The notes under the pieces are model-generated. The model searched no databases. It worked only from the letters and a program-made list of their open reading frames with translations, and had not been told where the DNA came from. A stretch of 64,000 nt of DNA from Methanomethylovorans hollandica DSM 15978 (GTDB lineage: Archaea > Halobacteriota > Methanosarcinia > Methanosarcinales > Methanosarcinaceae), in contig NC_019977.1 in assembly GCF_000328665.1 (NCBI RefSeq), positions 682,001-746,000 of the forward strand, read 5' to 3'. Numbering within the stretch: the stretch's first letter is position 1; each line of letters begins with the position of its first letter. A program made the translations under genes and the position numbers. Below are positions 48,497-59,141 of this stretch, one piece after another.

Positions 48497-49374
48497 TATT
48501 GCTCCCGGCCAGCAAGTTTTTTTGCCTCTTTATTATATATCTTAGTGCTTATCAGGCTTCCGCTTATTTCCAGCTGGGACCAGCTTTCCTTTAAAATCGG
48601 ACCGGATACCGGATCCACAAGTGCGACATAAGAAGGTCCAGTGCCTGAAAGTGTAACGCCTTTAACTCCGGATTCCAGAGCCAGCATCATGGGTTCTGTA
48701 TCAAAACCCAGAGCACTGCAATACAGAAATCCATTTAAGGTCATAGCTTCTTCATATTTTCCTTCCAGAGCCAGGCTGTAAGCCATTTCTACCCAGGAAG
48801 CTATCACTCTGGAACGGGATACATTTGTGTTTGAACTGAAGGCTTTTCTGTCAGGTACGAAAATGACCACATCCATTTCCTTCTCTTCCCTGCGTTCCAG
48901 TTCTTTAAGTTTGTTATCAGTAACCACTATTCCGCCAAAAAAAGAAGCACATGCATCATCGAATGCTCCTGTAATACTAACACCAACATCCAATGCAGCT
49001 TCAACTCCCAGTTTTACAACTTCAAGAGGCTTCATTTCCTCACCCAGGGCCTCCAGTGTGGCAAGGGCAGTGGCATTAGCAGCTGCGCTGCTGCTCTTTA
49101 ATCCACTGGCAAGAGGGATTTCACTTCTTGTTTCTACTGAACCTTGCATCTGAACATCAAAATATTGCAGCACCAGTTCTACAGTTCTTTCTATAAGCCG
49201 CGTATCTGCACCTGGCTGGCCTTGTATACTACCTGATATTTTTCCTTTGCCTTTGCTTATCTTTACGTCAGCAAAAGTCTTAAGATCCACGGCAAAAGCC
49301 GCACCTTTCCAGGTAGCTATGGCGTTTACTATTGTGCCAGCCCCAAGAGCATATGCATGTCCTGTATAAGTCAT
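48496..49374 (-). CDS. aroK: archaeal (GHMP-type) shikimate kinase
   Basis: IP.ASGLKSSSAA, TGAFDDA, LSGTGPS. Confidence 0.93.
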   Translation of the reverse strand: MTYTGHAYALGAGTIVNAIATWKGAAFAVDLKTFADVKISKGKGKISGSIQGQPGADTRLIERTVELVLQYFDVQMQGSVETRSEIPLASGLKSSSAAANATALATLEALGEEMKPLEVVKLGVEAALDVGVSITGAFDDACASFFGGIVVTDNKLKELERREEKEMDVVIFVPDRKAFSSNTNVSRSRVIASWVEMAYSLALEGKYEEAMTLNGFLYCSALGFDTEPMMLALESGVKGVTLSGTGPSYVALVDPVSGPILKESWSQLEISGSLISTKIYNKEAKKLAGREQ

Positions 49375-49853
49375 AATACTCTGTTGATTCTCCATTTTTT
49401 AGTATTGTCTTTTTCCAAGTATATTATCTGGGGGTTAGTATACATGATTCTATTTAAAACATGGTCTGAACAATGAACAGACATTGTAACGTTTGAATGA
49501 ATTGCTTGTTGCCGCTTGCAAATGCAGAACGATAATTTTATAACAGATACATGTTACTATAATAAAGACCCTCAGGTAGTATAATATATGTAAAGAAATG
49601 GAGCAATCTTATCTATTACACTACCGTTGGCATCAACAGGCAGAATATGCCTTCGCAGACAGGATGCAAATCTGTACTGATATCCAGCCAGATACCTTTC
49701 AGGTATGTTGCCAGAACAGCTAGATCACGATAATGGTTTGTCAGCTTCAGAACAGAAAAGTTTGTAACAGATGCCTTCTGGGGAAGGGATTCTTATTGCA
49801 TTGGACATTCTATTTACAATGCATACTATAGGCAGGATTACGGAGTAGATTAG

Positions 49854-50876
49854 ATGAATGAAGTAATGTTTGGAACAAAAGACGACAAGCAGCTTATGTA
49901 TCTTCCGCAGAAGTGCATAGGATGTGGAACTTGCGTCGTGGCATGTCCGAAAGGAATCATTACCATCGGTTCCGTGGGGGCGGTTGCCAGAGGCCTTATT
50001 GACAAGGACTATCTGGAGAACGATCCTTCAGGCTGTATTATGTGTGGTATATGTGCCAAGACCTGTCCCACAGGTGCATTGGAAATGCGTCAGGGTGGCA
50101 AATCCATCAATGACAATACATATGTCAGCTTTGCACTTGAACCAACGACTGTTAATGAGAACTGTGTACACTGTGGATTATGCGAGCAGATATGCCCGCA
50201 GGGGTGCATAGAGGTCAGGCAGTGGCTGGCATCCGACGGTAGTGCGAAGGTCGATGGTGAGACGAATATCAACAACTCATGCTGTGTACATTGCGGATGG
50301 TGTGCTTCTGTATGTCCCGCCGATGCTATCACTGTACAGAAACCGTTTGCTGGAACATGGGTAAGGGATGAGGCAACCTGTACAGCCTGCCGCACATGTG
50401 TTGACACGTGTCCATGCAATGCGCTTTTCAACCCGGAGTGGGAAGCAGGGGAGAGAGTGGATAAGGTGTCTCAGCGTGCAGATGTATGTATCTATTGTGG
50501 CGCCTGTGAAATGGCCTGCCCCGTGGATGCTATTACTGTTACCAAGACCCAGATAATCCCCGAAGTAGAAAAGAAAGCCATCATCGAGAAAAAGATACTT
50601 AATGTCAAGGCACCGAGACCTACCCTCACTTCCGTGCTGATGACCGATGAAGAAGTCTGTCTTGGATGCGGCAACTGTGTTATCGTTTGCCCGGTCAATG
50701 CTCAGGATAATAAGAACCTTGCAGCAGGCTATCTCAACGAAGTGGAAAGCAAGAAGATCCTTGAAGTGAGAAATGGTAGTGTTAAGGTCGTTAATCAGGA
50801 TGTCTGTGGTTCAGATGGTGCTTGTGTGATGATCTGTCCTGTAAACGCCATCTGGTTAGAGAGAAGGGAGTGTTAG
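49854..50876 (+). CDS. fmdF: formylmethanofuran dehydrogenase polyferredoxin subunit F
   Basis: Eight CxxCxxC...CP-type motifs; first gene of the fmd cluster. Confidence 0.9.
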   Translation: MNEVMFGTKDDKQLMYLPQKCIGCGTCVVACPKGIITIGSVGAVARGLIDKDYLENDPSGCIMCGICAKTCPTGALEMRQGGKSINDNTYVSFALEPTTVNENCVHCGLCEQICPQGCIEVRQWLASDGSAKVDGETNINNSCCVHCGWCASVCPADAITVQKPFAGTWVRDEATCTACRTCVDTCPCNALFNPEWEAGERVDKVSQRADVCIYCGACEMACPVDAITVTKTQIIPEVEKKAIIEKKILNVKAPRPTLTSVLMTDEEVCLGCGNCVIVCPVNAQDNKNLAAGYLNEVESKKILEVRNGSVKVVNQDVCGSDGACVMICPVNAIWLERREC

Positions 50877-50878
50877 AT

Positions 50879-52633
50879 ATGGCTGGAACGATTGCAGTAA
50901 AGAATGGTTATGTGTTCGATCCCCTCAATGAGGTCAACGGGGAAAGGATGGATGTTTTTATCAGAGACGGAAAGGTCGTAAGAGAGCTCTCTGCATCTGA
51001 GATGGATAATGCAAAGGTCATAGATGCCAGCGGCATGACCGTCATGGCTGGTGGTGTGGATTCCCACTCACATGTTGCCGGTGCGAAAGTTAACGCAGGA
51101 AGGCTCATGAGGCCGGAGGACCACTACAAATGTTATATGAAGAAAACCCCGCTTACTCACTCCGGTTCAGGTTACACTGTTCCCACTGTCTACTTGGGGG
51201 GATATGAGTACTCCAAGATGGGATATACCACTGTGTTCGAAGCAGCAGTGCCACCCCTTGAGGCCCGTCACACTCACGAGGAAATGCGTGCTACGCCCAT
51301 GCTGGATATGGGTGGCTACCTTGTACTGGGGAACAACTGGTTCCTTATGCGGTACATGAACGAGGGTGATTTCGACAAGGCAGCAGCCTACGTTGCATGG
51401 ATGATGAGGACCCACAAGACGTACGGTATAAAATGTGTGAACCCTGCAGGTGTGGAGAACTGGGGATGGGGAGAGAACGTCAGCTCTCTGGACCAGGCGA
51501 ACATACACTTTGAGGTTACACCCACGGAGATCATCAAGAACCTGACCGAGATCAATGAGCACCTTGGTTTCCCTATGCCGCTGCATCTGCATGCAAACAA
51601 CCTTGGACACCCGGGCTGCTGGGAGACCACAAGGGAATCTCTCAAGATCCCAAGTAACGTAAAGGCTAAGCCCAATGTAGATGTGGAATGGGCGGAAACA
51701 AAAATGAATGCAAAGAGGCACGAGTCCGTTTATCTGACACACTGCCAGTTCAATGCGTTCGGTGGAACTTCATGGAGAGATTTTGAATCAGGTGTAAAAG
51801 GTATAACTGATTATGTCAACAGCAAGGACCACGTAGTAATGGACAGCGGTTGTGTGCCATTCGGAGATGCAACTGTTATGACCGGTGACGGGCCGGCTAT
51901 TCACGATCTCTATGTGCTTACAGGTAACAAGTGGTCTAACACAGACGTAGAGTGCGAGTGCGGTTCAGGTGTACTGCCATTCACGTACCTTAAGAGCAAT
52001 CCTGTTCACAGTGTGCAATGGGCAATGGGTCTGGAAGTCCTTTTATACGTGAATGATCCCTGGAAGTCCATCATGACAACCGATAGTCCCAATGGTGGTC
52101 CATTTACAAAGTACCCGCTTATTATGGCATGGCTAATGTCCCTCAAGGCCAGGCAGGATACCATGTCAGAATGCCACAAATGGGCTCAGGACAGAAGCGG
52201 TCTGGGCGGCGAGGAAAGAGAGATGTCTCTGTACGATCTTGCAATTCTTACCCGTGCCAACCCGGCAAGGACAATTGGTATGGCATACAGGAAAGGAACT
52301 CTGGGTGTGGGAGCCGACGGTGATGTTTCCATTTATAACATTGACCCGAAGAAGCTCGATGTGAACGACTATGAAAGCCTTATTAGGAACCTGCAGAACT
52401 CAGAGTACACTATAAAGGATGGAGAGGTCGTTGCCCGTCAGGGTGAGATAGTGGCAATTCCGGAAAAGAGGACCTATTATTCGGATATCAAGGTTCCGGA
52501 TGCTGATGAAAAACACATGCTTGAAGATGTAAAGGAGTGGTTCAGGTACTACACCTTAGGCTTCTCTAACTATCCGACGCCTGACAGGTACCTTGCAAAC
52601 CCAACTCCAATGACTGTGAATCCGTTGAGGTGA
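50879..52633 (+). CDS. fmdA: formylmethanofuran dehydrogenase subunit A
   Basis: VD.HSHVAG.K, GYTT..EAA, HLHANNLGHPG, TTD.PNGG. Confidence 0.96.
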   Translation: MAGTIAVKNGYVFDPLNEVNGERMDVFIRDGKVVRELSASEMDNAKVIDASGMTVMAGGVDSHSHVAGAKVNAGRLMRPEDHYKCYMKKTPLTHSGSGYTVPTVYLGGYEYSKMGYTTVFEAAVPPLEARHTHEEMRATPMLDMGGYLVLGNNWFLMRYMNEGDFDKAAAYVAWMMRTHKTYGIKCVNPAGVENWGWGENVSSLDQANIHFEVTPTEIIKNLTEINEHLGFPMPLHLHANNLGHPGCWETTRESLKIPSNVKAKPNVDVEWAETKMNAKRHESVYLTHCQFNAFGGTSWRDFESGVKGITDYVNSKDHVVMDSGCVPFGDATVMTGDGPAIHDLYVLTGNKWSNTDVECECGSGVLPFTYLKSNPVHSVQWAMGLEVLLYVNDPWKSIMTTDSPNGGPFTKYPLIMAWLMSLKARQDTMSECHKWAQDRSGLGGEEREMSLYDLAILTRANPARTIGMAYRKGTLGVGADGDVSIYNIDPKKLDVNDYESLIRNLQNSEYTIKDGEVVARQGEIVAIPEKRTYYSDIKVPDADEKHMLEDVKEWFRYYTLGFSNYPTPDRYLANPTPMTVNPLR

Positions 52634-52637
52634 GTCA

Positions 52638-53447
52638 ATGGCAGAAGTTACACTTAGACCAAAAAATGATATTGATATAATGGTGGAAGCAGAGGTTATA
52701 ACTCCTGAAAATTTCGCCGGCAAGAATGCAAAAGAAATTGGTGAAATGGTTGTATGGCAGGGCCCGAAGGAGCTGCCTATTTCCTATTTCTTTGATGTGC
52801 AGGGCAATGGTGGAGCCTCTGCACAGGAAACTACTATCATTGTAGATGGTGATGTTCCAAGGGTAAAGAGAATAGGACAACAGATGACCGCTGGCAAGAT
52901 CATCATAAAGGGCAATGCAGGGATGCATGTTGGCTCAGAGATGGCCGGAGGGGAGATTGTTGTTGAGGGTGATGCAGAGTCCTGGGCAGGTATGGAAATG
53001 AAAGGCGGTCTGCTTCATATCAAAGGTAATACCAAGGATCATGTCGGATGCGCATACCGTGGCAGCTGGCATGGTATGACCGGCGGGCGTATAGTAATTG
53101 ATGGAAATGCAATGAACCAGGTAGGCGGCGGTATAAGCGGCGGAGAGATCCTCATCAATGGTAACGTGGACAATTTCTGCGGTATCCGTGCCAATGGCGG
53201 TCTTATCGTTGTGAAGGGGGATGCCTTCAGGACCGTGGGTGCTGAGATGACCAATGGTATCATTGTTGTGGGTGGTCATATTTCCAGGTTCACTCCAGGA
53301 TTCCAATACGAAGCTACAGAGAATGACCTCAAGTTCGGTGATGTAGAATGTCCGGGCGAGTACAAGAAGTTCGCAGGTGATTATGCAATACCCCAGAAAG
53401 TAAAAGGCGTAATGTATGTATCAAGCGAGTTTAACGGGGGTCTGTAA
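52638..53447 (+). CDS. fmdC: formylmethanofuran dehydrogenase subunit C
   Basis: Gly-rich beta-helix repeats G..M.GG.I. Confidence 0.95.
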   Translation: MAEVTLRPKNDIDIMVEAEVITPENFAGKNAKEIGEMVVWQGPKELPISYFFDVQGNGGASAQETTIIVDGDVPRVKRIGQQMTAGKIIIKGNAGMHVGSEMAGGEIVVEGDAESWAGMEMKGGLLHIKGNTKDHVGCAYRGSWHGMTGGRIVIDGNAMNQVGGGISGGEILINGNVDNFCGIRANGGLIVVKGDAFRTVGAEMTNGIIVVGGHISRFTPGFQYEATENDLKFGDVECPGEYKKFAGDYAIPQKVKGVMYVSSEFNGGL

Positions 53448-53448
53448 A

Positions 53449-53847
53449 ATGGTATGCATTGAAGCGTTACTTAATACCGGAAGTACTATAGACGAGGGAA
53501 GGCTTGCCAAGGGCGGTGACAAATACTCCGATGCCTACACACAGGAGTGTGCAGTCTGCTGGCTTAATGAAGTCGATTACGCAGCATTGGGATTCCCTGA
53601 GAAGGTAAAAGTCATAAGAAGGGACGGACAGCGCTCAGTCTTAGTATATACCAAATGCACCAACGACATGAGGTGCGGACATGTTTTCATGCCAAGGGCA
53701 ATATGGGCCAATGTGGTAGTAGAGCCATCTACATTCTCTACCGGTTCACCTCTGTATAAAGGAAGTCTCGTAACAGTCGAGCCCGCTGAAGGCGAGGTGC
53801 TCAGTGCGGAAGATGTTGTTCTCAAGGTGTACATGGGAGGTGAATAA
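53449..53847 (+). CDS. fmdD: formylmethanofuran dehydrogenase subunit D
   Basis: LNTGSTI.EG, FMPRA.WAN, TGSP.YKG. Confidence 0.93.
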   Translation: MVCIEALLNTGSTIDEGRLAKGGDKYSDAYTQECAVCWLNEVDYAALGFPEKVKVIRRDGQRSVLVYTKCTNDMRCGHVFMPRAIWANVVVEPSTFSTGSPLYKGSLVTVEPAEGEVLSAEDVVLKVYMGGE

Positions 53848-53848
53848 G

Positions 53849-55156
53849 ATGGTTGCAAAGAACATTATATGCCCCGTATGCGGTGCATCATGTGACGATA
53901 TCATTGTGGACTTCAAAGGTAACACAATTGATGTTCAGAATGCCTGTAAGATGGGTAATGCTAAGTTCCAGGAAGTTGTGAGCGAGCACAGGATAAGGGA
54001 ACCCATGGTTAGGGAGAATGGCAAACTGAGGCCTGCAACATGGGATGAGGCTCTGGACAGGGCTGCTCAGATCCTTGCAAACTCCAGAAGACCTTTCTTC
54101 TTCATGGGTAGCGAGACAGCCATTGAGGCACAGGAAGTTGGTCTGCATATGGGAGAATATCTCGGTGGTGCAGTTGACTCTAATGCTACGATCTGCCACG
54201 GACCCACAGCAATGGGTATACAGGAAGCAGGCAGGTCAGGAGCTACAGCAGGACAGGCAAAGAACAGGGCAGATCTCATCATCTATTGGGGAACCAATCC
54301 TCTGGAATCCATGCCCAGGCACATGTCCAGATATGGTGTGTTCCCAAGGGGTTACTGGACCAAGAGAGGCAGGTTCGATCGTACTGTCATTACAGTGGAT
54401 CCAAGAAAGACTCCAACAACTGCTGCATCTGATCTGCACGTACAGCTTAATCCCAACACTGATTATGAACTGCTAAGTGCTTTGTTCACCATCGTCAATG
54501 GGAAAAAGCCACATCCTTCTGCGGAAGAGATAACAGGTATTCCTATTGAGGTCATGGAACAGGTCGTCACAATGATGAAGGAGTCAAATTTTGTGTCTAT
54601 CTACGTAGGACTGGGTGTATCGTCATCTTACGGAAAGCACAGAAACATCGAGATCGCACTGAACCTCGCAAAGGAAATGAACAATTATACAAAATGTGTT
54701 CTGGGAGCGCTGAGAGGTCACTGCAACGTGGCAGGTTTCAACCAGCTCGCATCGTACCTATATGGCTATCCGTTCGGTCTGGATTTCTCAAGGGGATATC
54801 CTAGATACAATCCCGGAGAGTACACCTGTGTGGACCTGCTGAGGGAAAAGGATACGGATGCTGCGCTGGTGCTCAGTGCTGATCTTGTATGTCATATCCC
54901 TGCAGATGCTGCAGAGTACATGGCACAGATACCCACTATTTGCATTGATATTGCACCCTGTCCCACAACCACTGTCTCTGAAGTAGTGTTGCCAGGTGTT
55001 ATCGATGCGATGGAATGTGACGGTACCTTCTACAGACTGGATGATGTGCCGGTGTACTTCCAGCCGTTCACTGAGTCTCCGTTCCCTTACACAAAGAGCA
55101 ATGAAGACACCATGAAACAGCTTTTTGACAGAGTGAAGAAACTTAAGGAAGCATGA
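53849..55156 (+). CDS. fmdB: formylmethanofuran dehydrogenase subunit B (Cys-ligated)
   Basis: CPVCG..CDD, ATICHGP, PRHMSRY, LRGHCNV.G. Confidence 0.96.
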   Translation: MVAKNIICPVCGASCDDIIVDFKGNTIDVQNACKMGNAKFQEVVSEHRIREPMVRENGKLRPATWDEALDRAAQILANSRRPFFFMGSETAIEAQEVGLHMGEYLGGAVDSNATICHGPTAMGIQEAGRSGATAGQAKNRADLIIYWGTNPLESMPRHMSRYGVFPRGYWTKRGRFDRTVITVDPRKTPTTAASDLHVQLNPNTDYELLSALFTIVNGKKPHPSAEEITGIPIEVMEQVVTMMKESNFVSIYVGLGVSSSYGKHRNIEIALNLAKEMNNYTKCVLGALRGHCNVAGFNQLASYLYGYPFGLDFSRGYPRYNPGEYTCVDLLREKDTDAALVLSADLVCHIPADAAEYMAQIPTICIDIAPCPTTTVSEVVLPGVIDAMECDGTFYRLDDVPVYFQPFTESPFPYTKSNEDTMKQLFDRVKKLKEA

Positions 55157-55986
55157 GGACGAGCCAGCACGCAGGTAATTCTTCTGTAAAGGGGGATTTC
55201 AGCAGGGACGAATGTGTTGTCCCTTCTTCCCTCTATACAACTATAGCGTGCACGGAGATCTCTGGCGACCAGAGAAAACAAATAGAAGCGGATGTTATTA
55301 TTGAAGAGGTATTTGACCTTTTCATCAATGATGTCCACCTCACTACTTTTTATGCGAGTCCCAGGGAACTTGAGGAGCTTGCAGTTGGATTCATGGTATG
55401 TGAAGGCTTTATCGGCAGGGATGATGTCCGGAACATACTTTCCATTGATATAGGTCCTAAGAGGATAGATTGTAAGGTCGATATCGATGTTTCTCAGCTT
55501 TTCGATCTTGAACGTGTGGAAAGATGCGGTACGACTCTTTTCACTCCCGAAAACCGTCTTTTATTGCCAAAGGATGTGTTTTTCAGTCCACAGGTGATAT
55601 TCAATGCAGTAGGAAAACTGAAAGAATGGGGCAACGCATGGAAAAAGACCGGCGGCGCTCATTCTTCACTGGTATGTGCTCCATCCGGTGAGATCCTCGT
55701 GTTCTGCGAGGATATCGGACGTTCCTGTTCTGTGGACAAGGCAGTTGGAAAAGCATTGCTTACAGGTATAGATATTTCCAGATGTGCTCTTGTCACTACA
55801 GGCAGGCTTGCGGGTACTATGGTCTCAAAGGCAATTAATTCAGGATTCCCTGTAATGGCCAGTAAAGGTGCCACTGTGAAAGAAGCAGTGTTACTTGCAC
55901 AGGGTGCGGACATGACCCTCGTAGGTTTCGTGAGAGAGCCTAATATGTATATATATAGTGGCGAATATCGATTGCAATCGAGGTAA
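55153..55986 (+). CDS. fdhD: FdhD sulfurtransferase accessory protein
   Basis: ELAVGF...EG, TGG.H, EDIGR..VDKAVG, TTGR, TLVGFVR. Confidence 0.9.
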   Translation: MRTSQHAGNSSVKGDFSRDECVVPSSLYTTIACTEISGDQRKQIEADVIIEEVFDLFINDVHLTTFYASPRELEELAVGFMVCEGFIGRDDVRNILSIDIGPKRIDCKVDIDVSQLFDLERVERCGTTLFTPENRLLLPKDVFFSPQVIFNAVGKLKEWGNAWKKTGGAHSSLVCAPSGEILVFCEDIGRSCSVDKAVGKALLTGIDISRCALVTTGRLAGTMVSKAINSGFPVMASKGATVKEAVLLAQGADMTLVGFVREPNMYIYSGEYRLQSR

Positions 55987-56119
55987 CTTTATTTTTGTTT
56001 GTTGTATTTTGCCAAAGGTAAATGAAAAGAACTATATTCGATTAAAACTTACAACCATCCGAGTAAGTAATACTTTTAGTGGAATTATTGTTACAATTTT
56101 TTAAAAAGGTGATATATAT

Positions 56120-56515
56120 ATGAGTGAAAAGATCGGTATCCTTGCCATAGGTCATGGCAGCAGATTGCCCTACAACAATCAGGTAGTTACTGAAATTGCA
56201 GGCATGATCGCAAAAAAACACCCTGAATATGTTGTAAAGGCCGGATTTATGGAAATGAGCACTCCTTCAGTGGAAGAAGCATTACTTTCATTTGAAGGTA
56301 CCCATGTGAGTACTATAGTTGCTGTACCAGTATTCCTTGCATCAGGTGTACATATTACCAAAGATATTCCGGCTATATTGAAACTGGATCCGGAAAAAAA
56401 TCAGGGCAGCATTGAAATGAATGGTCAGCAGGTCAAGATCCTCTACGGGAAGCCCCTTGGAAGCGACGAGCTCATTGCCGATCTGATCTTCAAAAGAGCG
56501 CTAGAAGTTCTTTGA
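56120..56515 (+). CDS. cfbA: sirohydrochlorin nickel/cobalt chelatase (CbiX-S type)
   Basis: GHGSR, GFME...[10 protein letters not shown]...DIP. Confidence 0.88.
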   Translation: MSEKIGILAIGHGSRLPYNNQVVTEIAGMIAKKHPEYVVKAGFMEMSTPSVEEALLSFEGTHVSTIVAVPVFLASGVHITKDIPAILKLDPEKNQGSIEMNGQQVKILYGKPLGSDELIADLIFKRALEVL

Positions 56516-56693
56516 TCATAGCTGTGCTACATAACACAGCATCTTTTTTATTACATTTGAATTACAATATTTCGGCTTTTTACAGAGCCCAATTCGGCAT
56601 AATATTTATCTATATGTAATATTCCATAGTTTGTACTATTTGATTTTAAGATAAAATATGGAAGTTGGGTACTTCCATCTGATCATTTTCGGA

Positions 56694-59141
56694 TTACTCC
56701 ACATTTACAGTTGTGTACATGTTTGTCCGTTTCCCATCTAGGTCCTCGGCTATCAGGCCAACTATGTATTCACCCACAGCAGCATCCTGTTCCTTGTAAC
56801 TGAACATCTGATCGCTGAAGATGAGTGTTTCTCCTACCTCTGTAGCTTGTTGTATCACTTTTCCCTGCGCATCGAGGTCAAGCCATTGTTCCAGTACCGT
56901 GAAGCTATCGCCTGTCTGCGGGTAGACCTCTCGGGGAGCTCCTGCAGTGCTATTTCCTGTAAAGGTGAACACCTGTCTTAGCAAGCCATCGCTAAAATAC
57001 AGACGTGCAGTGAGCGCTTCTCCGCTTGCAAAGGTGTAAATGCCATCGACAGCATATGTTGCCTCCTCGGATGTAGCGCCAAAGTCCATTGGTGTGAGAA
57101 GCGCCGTTACCGAATCAGTTCCATTGCTGACGGCAAACATCAGTGGTTCCCACTCAAATTCTAGGGTGAACTCCCCTTCAGGCCATACAGGATAGTAGAT
57201 ACCATTAACTTCACGTGTCTGGCCGCTGTCAAGATAGTCCGTATCCGCTATGAAGATCGAGTTGGACTGCAAATCGTGATATCCTGCAAAGATGAAGGCA
57301 TAGCCCAGATTGCTGCCACTGATATCCGTGCTGAGTACCACCGGTTTCCCAGGAGAAGCCACCGTATCTGAGAGTTGGATAGGTGTGAGTTTTATTTCCC
57401 CGGCCCCGGGTGCTTTCACGCTGGCTCCTGGTTCTGGCAATGTTGCCTGTTGGGCAGCCGCATCAAATTTTTTTCCGGTGTAGTGGAATGTAAGGAAATC
57501 ATCCCACGTCGAATATCTCGCAAAGCGGTTGGCTATAATGGTATAGGACTGAGGACCTGCCATAGGAGACTGATAAAGCTGTGAATTGGGGAAGTAGATC
57601 GATATGCCGGTAGCGCCTGGTTTGCCAGTCCCGTGCTTCTCGGCTACTACCGCTTGCTGGATAGCAGCCAGCACCTTATCAGCCTCTGCATTCACACCCG
57701 CATCAGTTTGCTTCAGAAGCTGTACAAAGCTGCCCAGATCAATGTAAGAGGCTGGCACCTGCTGACCAAAAACGGATGTGAATGACTGAGCATAGTTTCG
57801 TGCCCTAGCCACTTCTTTCTGATCTGCCGTCTGAAGAGCAAAGGAGAGGTCGTTGATGCTCTGCATGAGTTCAGGGACTGACTCCAGTTCCACCACGGTA
57901 AGAGTGATGTCTTTGCTCATCTTGCTGGCGACCTGGCTGGAACTGGGAACAGAGCCACGTCCAAGCAAGCCTCCCATAGGTGATCCCTGCCTCATAAGCT
58001 CTGCCCTTGCCTGGTCATCGACTATCCGTTGGTCCTGATGTATGTAGCTGTCCACGATCATATTCCCAAGCTCTGCACCGGTCATGCCCGGATCCTTTTC
58101 TAATGATTGCAGAAAGCTTGCGTAGGCCCATCCCAGTGCCGGTTCGGTCTCTTCTGAAACGACGGCATAATTGGCATGCGGTGCAAGTGCAGCAAGCACC
58201 TCTGCTTGCCCCATCAGACAGGCATCCATGCCGATAACCTCTATCTTTTCCAGTCCGGTGCGTTCACGGATTGTCTGCAACGCATCATCTATGTTATTCA
58301 GATACATCATATTGCCTAGTGCAGAGGAGAGGGGTGTGCTGCTGTCTGTCGGGGTAGCTGGCACTGGATCGCTCCATCCTCCTGGCCAGCCCATGCCATG
58401 GTCGGAGAGGATCAGCACATGCTTGTCGGCTGGATAGTTCTGCACAGCCCATGTAACAAAATCTATCAGTGTGTCCCTGTCAGACATATCCACTTCTCCC
58501 ATGTCCTTAACAAGAGTTGATCCCACTCTCGTCAGGTCGTCATCCTGCTGCACATAGAACCGCTTTGTGGTACTCCAGTCCCCATCCCCACTATAACCGG
58601 CAGAGAAACGGTCTACCTGTGCCACTATTTGCACTCTGTCACTCGATCCTATCTTTTCAGCCTCGTTGAGGTCGACGTAAATGTCATGCTCCAGTACCTT
58701 ATCGTCAGCATCCATATATAGCATGACCAGCCAGGTCTGTTCCTCGGCACCAGCCTGTCTTGGTGGGGCTATAAAAGGCTTTGAAGAAGATTCTGTAACT
58801 GCGGGAAGGACGCCCTGAGGTGCATCGGTCGGCACAGACTCTAAGTTGTTACCCTGATCGATATCACTTCCACCTTTTAAAAAAATAGAAAGCACGATCA
58901 GCACGGCAATGATAAGCAAGGTTCTTTTCGAAAATTTGAAAGGCAGGCCAGCTGGGCCGCCGCTACCTCCAGACCCGGTGTTTCCGGTCCCGGATGTGGA
59001 TGACTTGAATCCACTCTGCTGTTCTCTCTTCTCTCTTCTTGGAGACTCGGCACGCTCTCTATTTTCATTATCTGATTGCGCTGGTCTTCTTCTCTGAGCC
59101 CGGATGACCGGTTTCTTTCCCTGATTAGAATCATTGCTCAT
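56694..59141 (-). CDS. membrane-anchored clostripain-family (C11) cysteine peptidase
   Basis: WLVMLYM.AD..LE, E.DM, YPA....L.L.DHG.GW, DACLM, VSEE.EP; N-terminal TM helix. Confidence 0.88.
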   Translation of the reverse strand: MSNDSNQGKKPVIRAQRRRPAQSDNENRERAESPRREKREQQSGFKSSTSGTGNTGSGGSGGPAGLPFKFSKRTLLIIAVLIVLSIFLKGGSDIDQGNNLESVPTDAPQGVLPAVTESSSKPFIAPPRQAGAEEQTWLVMLYMDADDKVLEHDIYVDLNEAEKIGSSDRVQIVAQVDRFSAGYSGDGDWSTTKRFYVQQDDDLTRVGSTLVKDMGEVDMSDRDTLIDFVTWAVQNYPADKHVLILSDHGMGWPGGWSDPVPATPTDSSTPLSSALGNMMYLNNIDDALQTIRERTGLEKIEVIGMDACLMGQAEVLAALAPHANYAVVSEETEPALGWAYASFLQSLEKDPGMTGAELGNMIVDSYIHQDQRIVDDQARAELMRQGSPMGGLLGRGSVPSSSQVASKMSKDITLTVVELESVPELMQSINDLSFALQTADQKEVARARNYAQSFTSVFGQQVPASYIDLGSFVQLLKQTDAGVNAEADKVLAAIQQAVVAEKHGTGKPGATGISIYFPNSQLYQSPMAGPQSYTIIANRFARYSTWDDFLTFHYTGKKFDAAAQQATLPEPGASVKAPGAGEIKLTPIQLSDTVASPGKPVVLSTDISGSNLGYAFIFAGYHDLQSNSIFIADTDYLDSGQTREVNGIYYPVWPEGEFTLEFEWEPLMFAVSNGTDSVTALLTPMDFGATSEEATYAVDGIYTFASGEALTARLYFSDGLLRQVFTFTGNSTAGAPREVYPQTGDSFTVLEQWLDLDAQGKVIQQATEVGETLIFSDQMFSYKEQDAAVGEYIVGLIAEDLDGKRTNMYTTVNVE

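Noticed and set aside
53849..55156. Selenocysteine in FmdB
   Set aside because: The ligand position is a normal Cys codon (ATICHGP) and the frame is uninterrupted.
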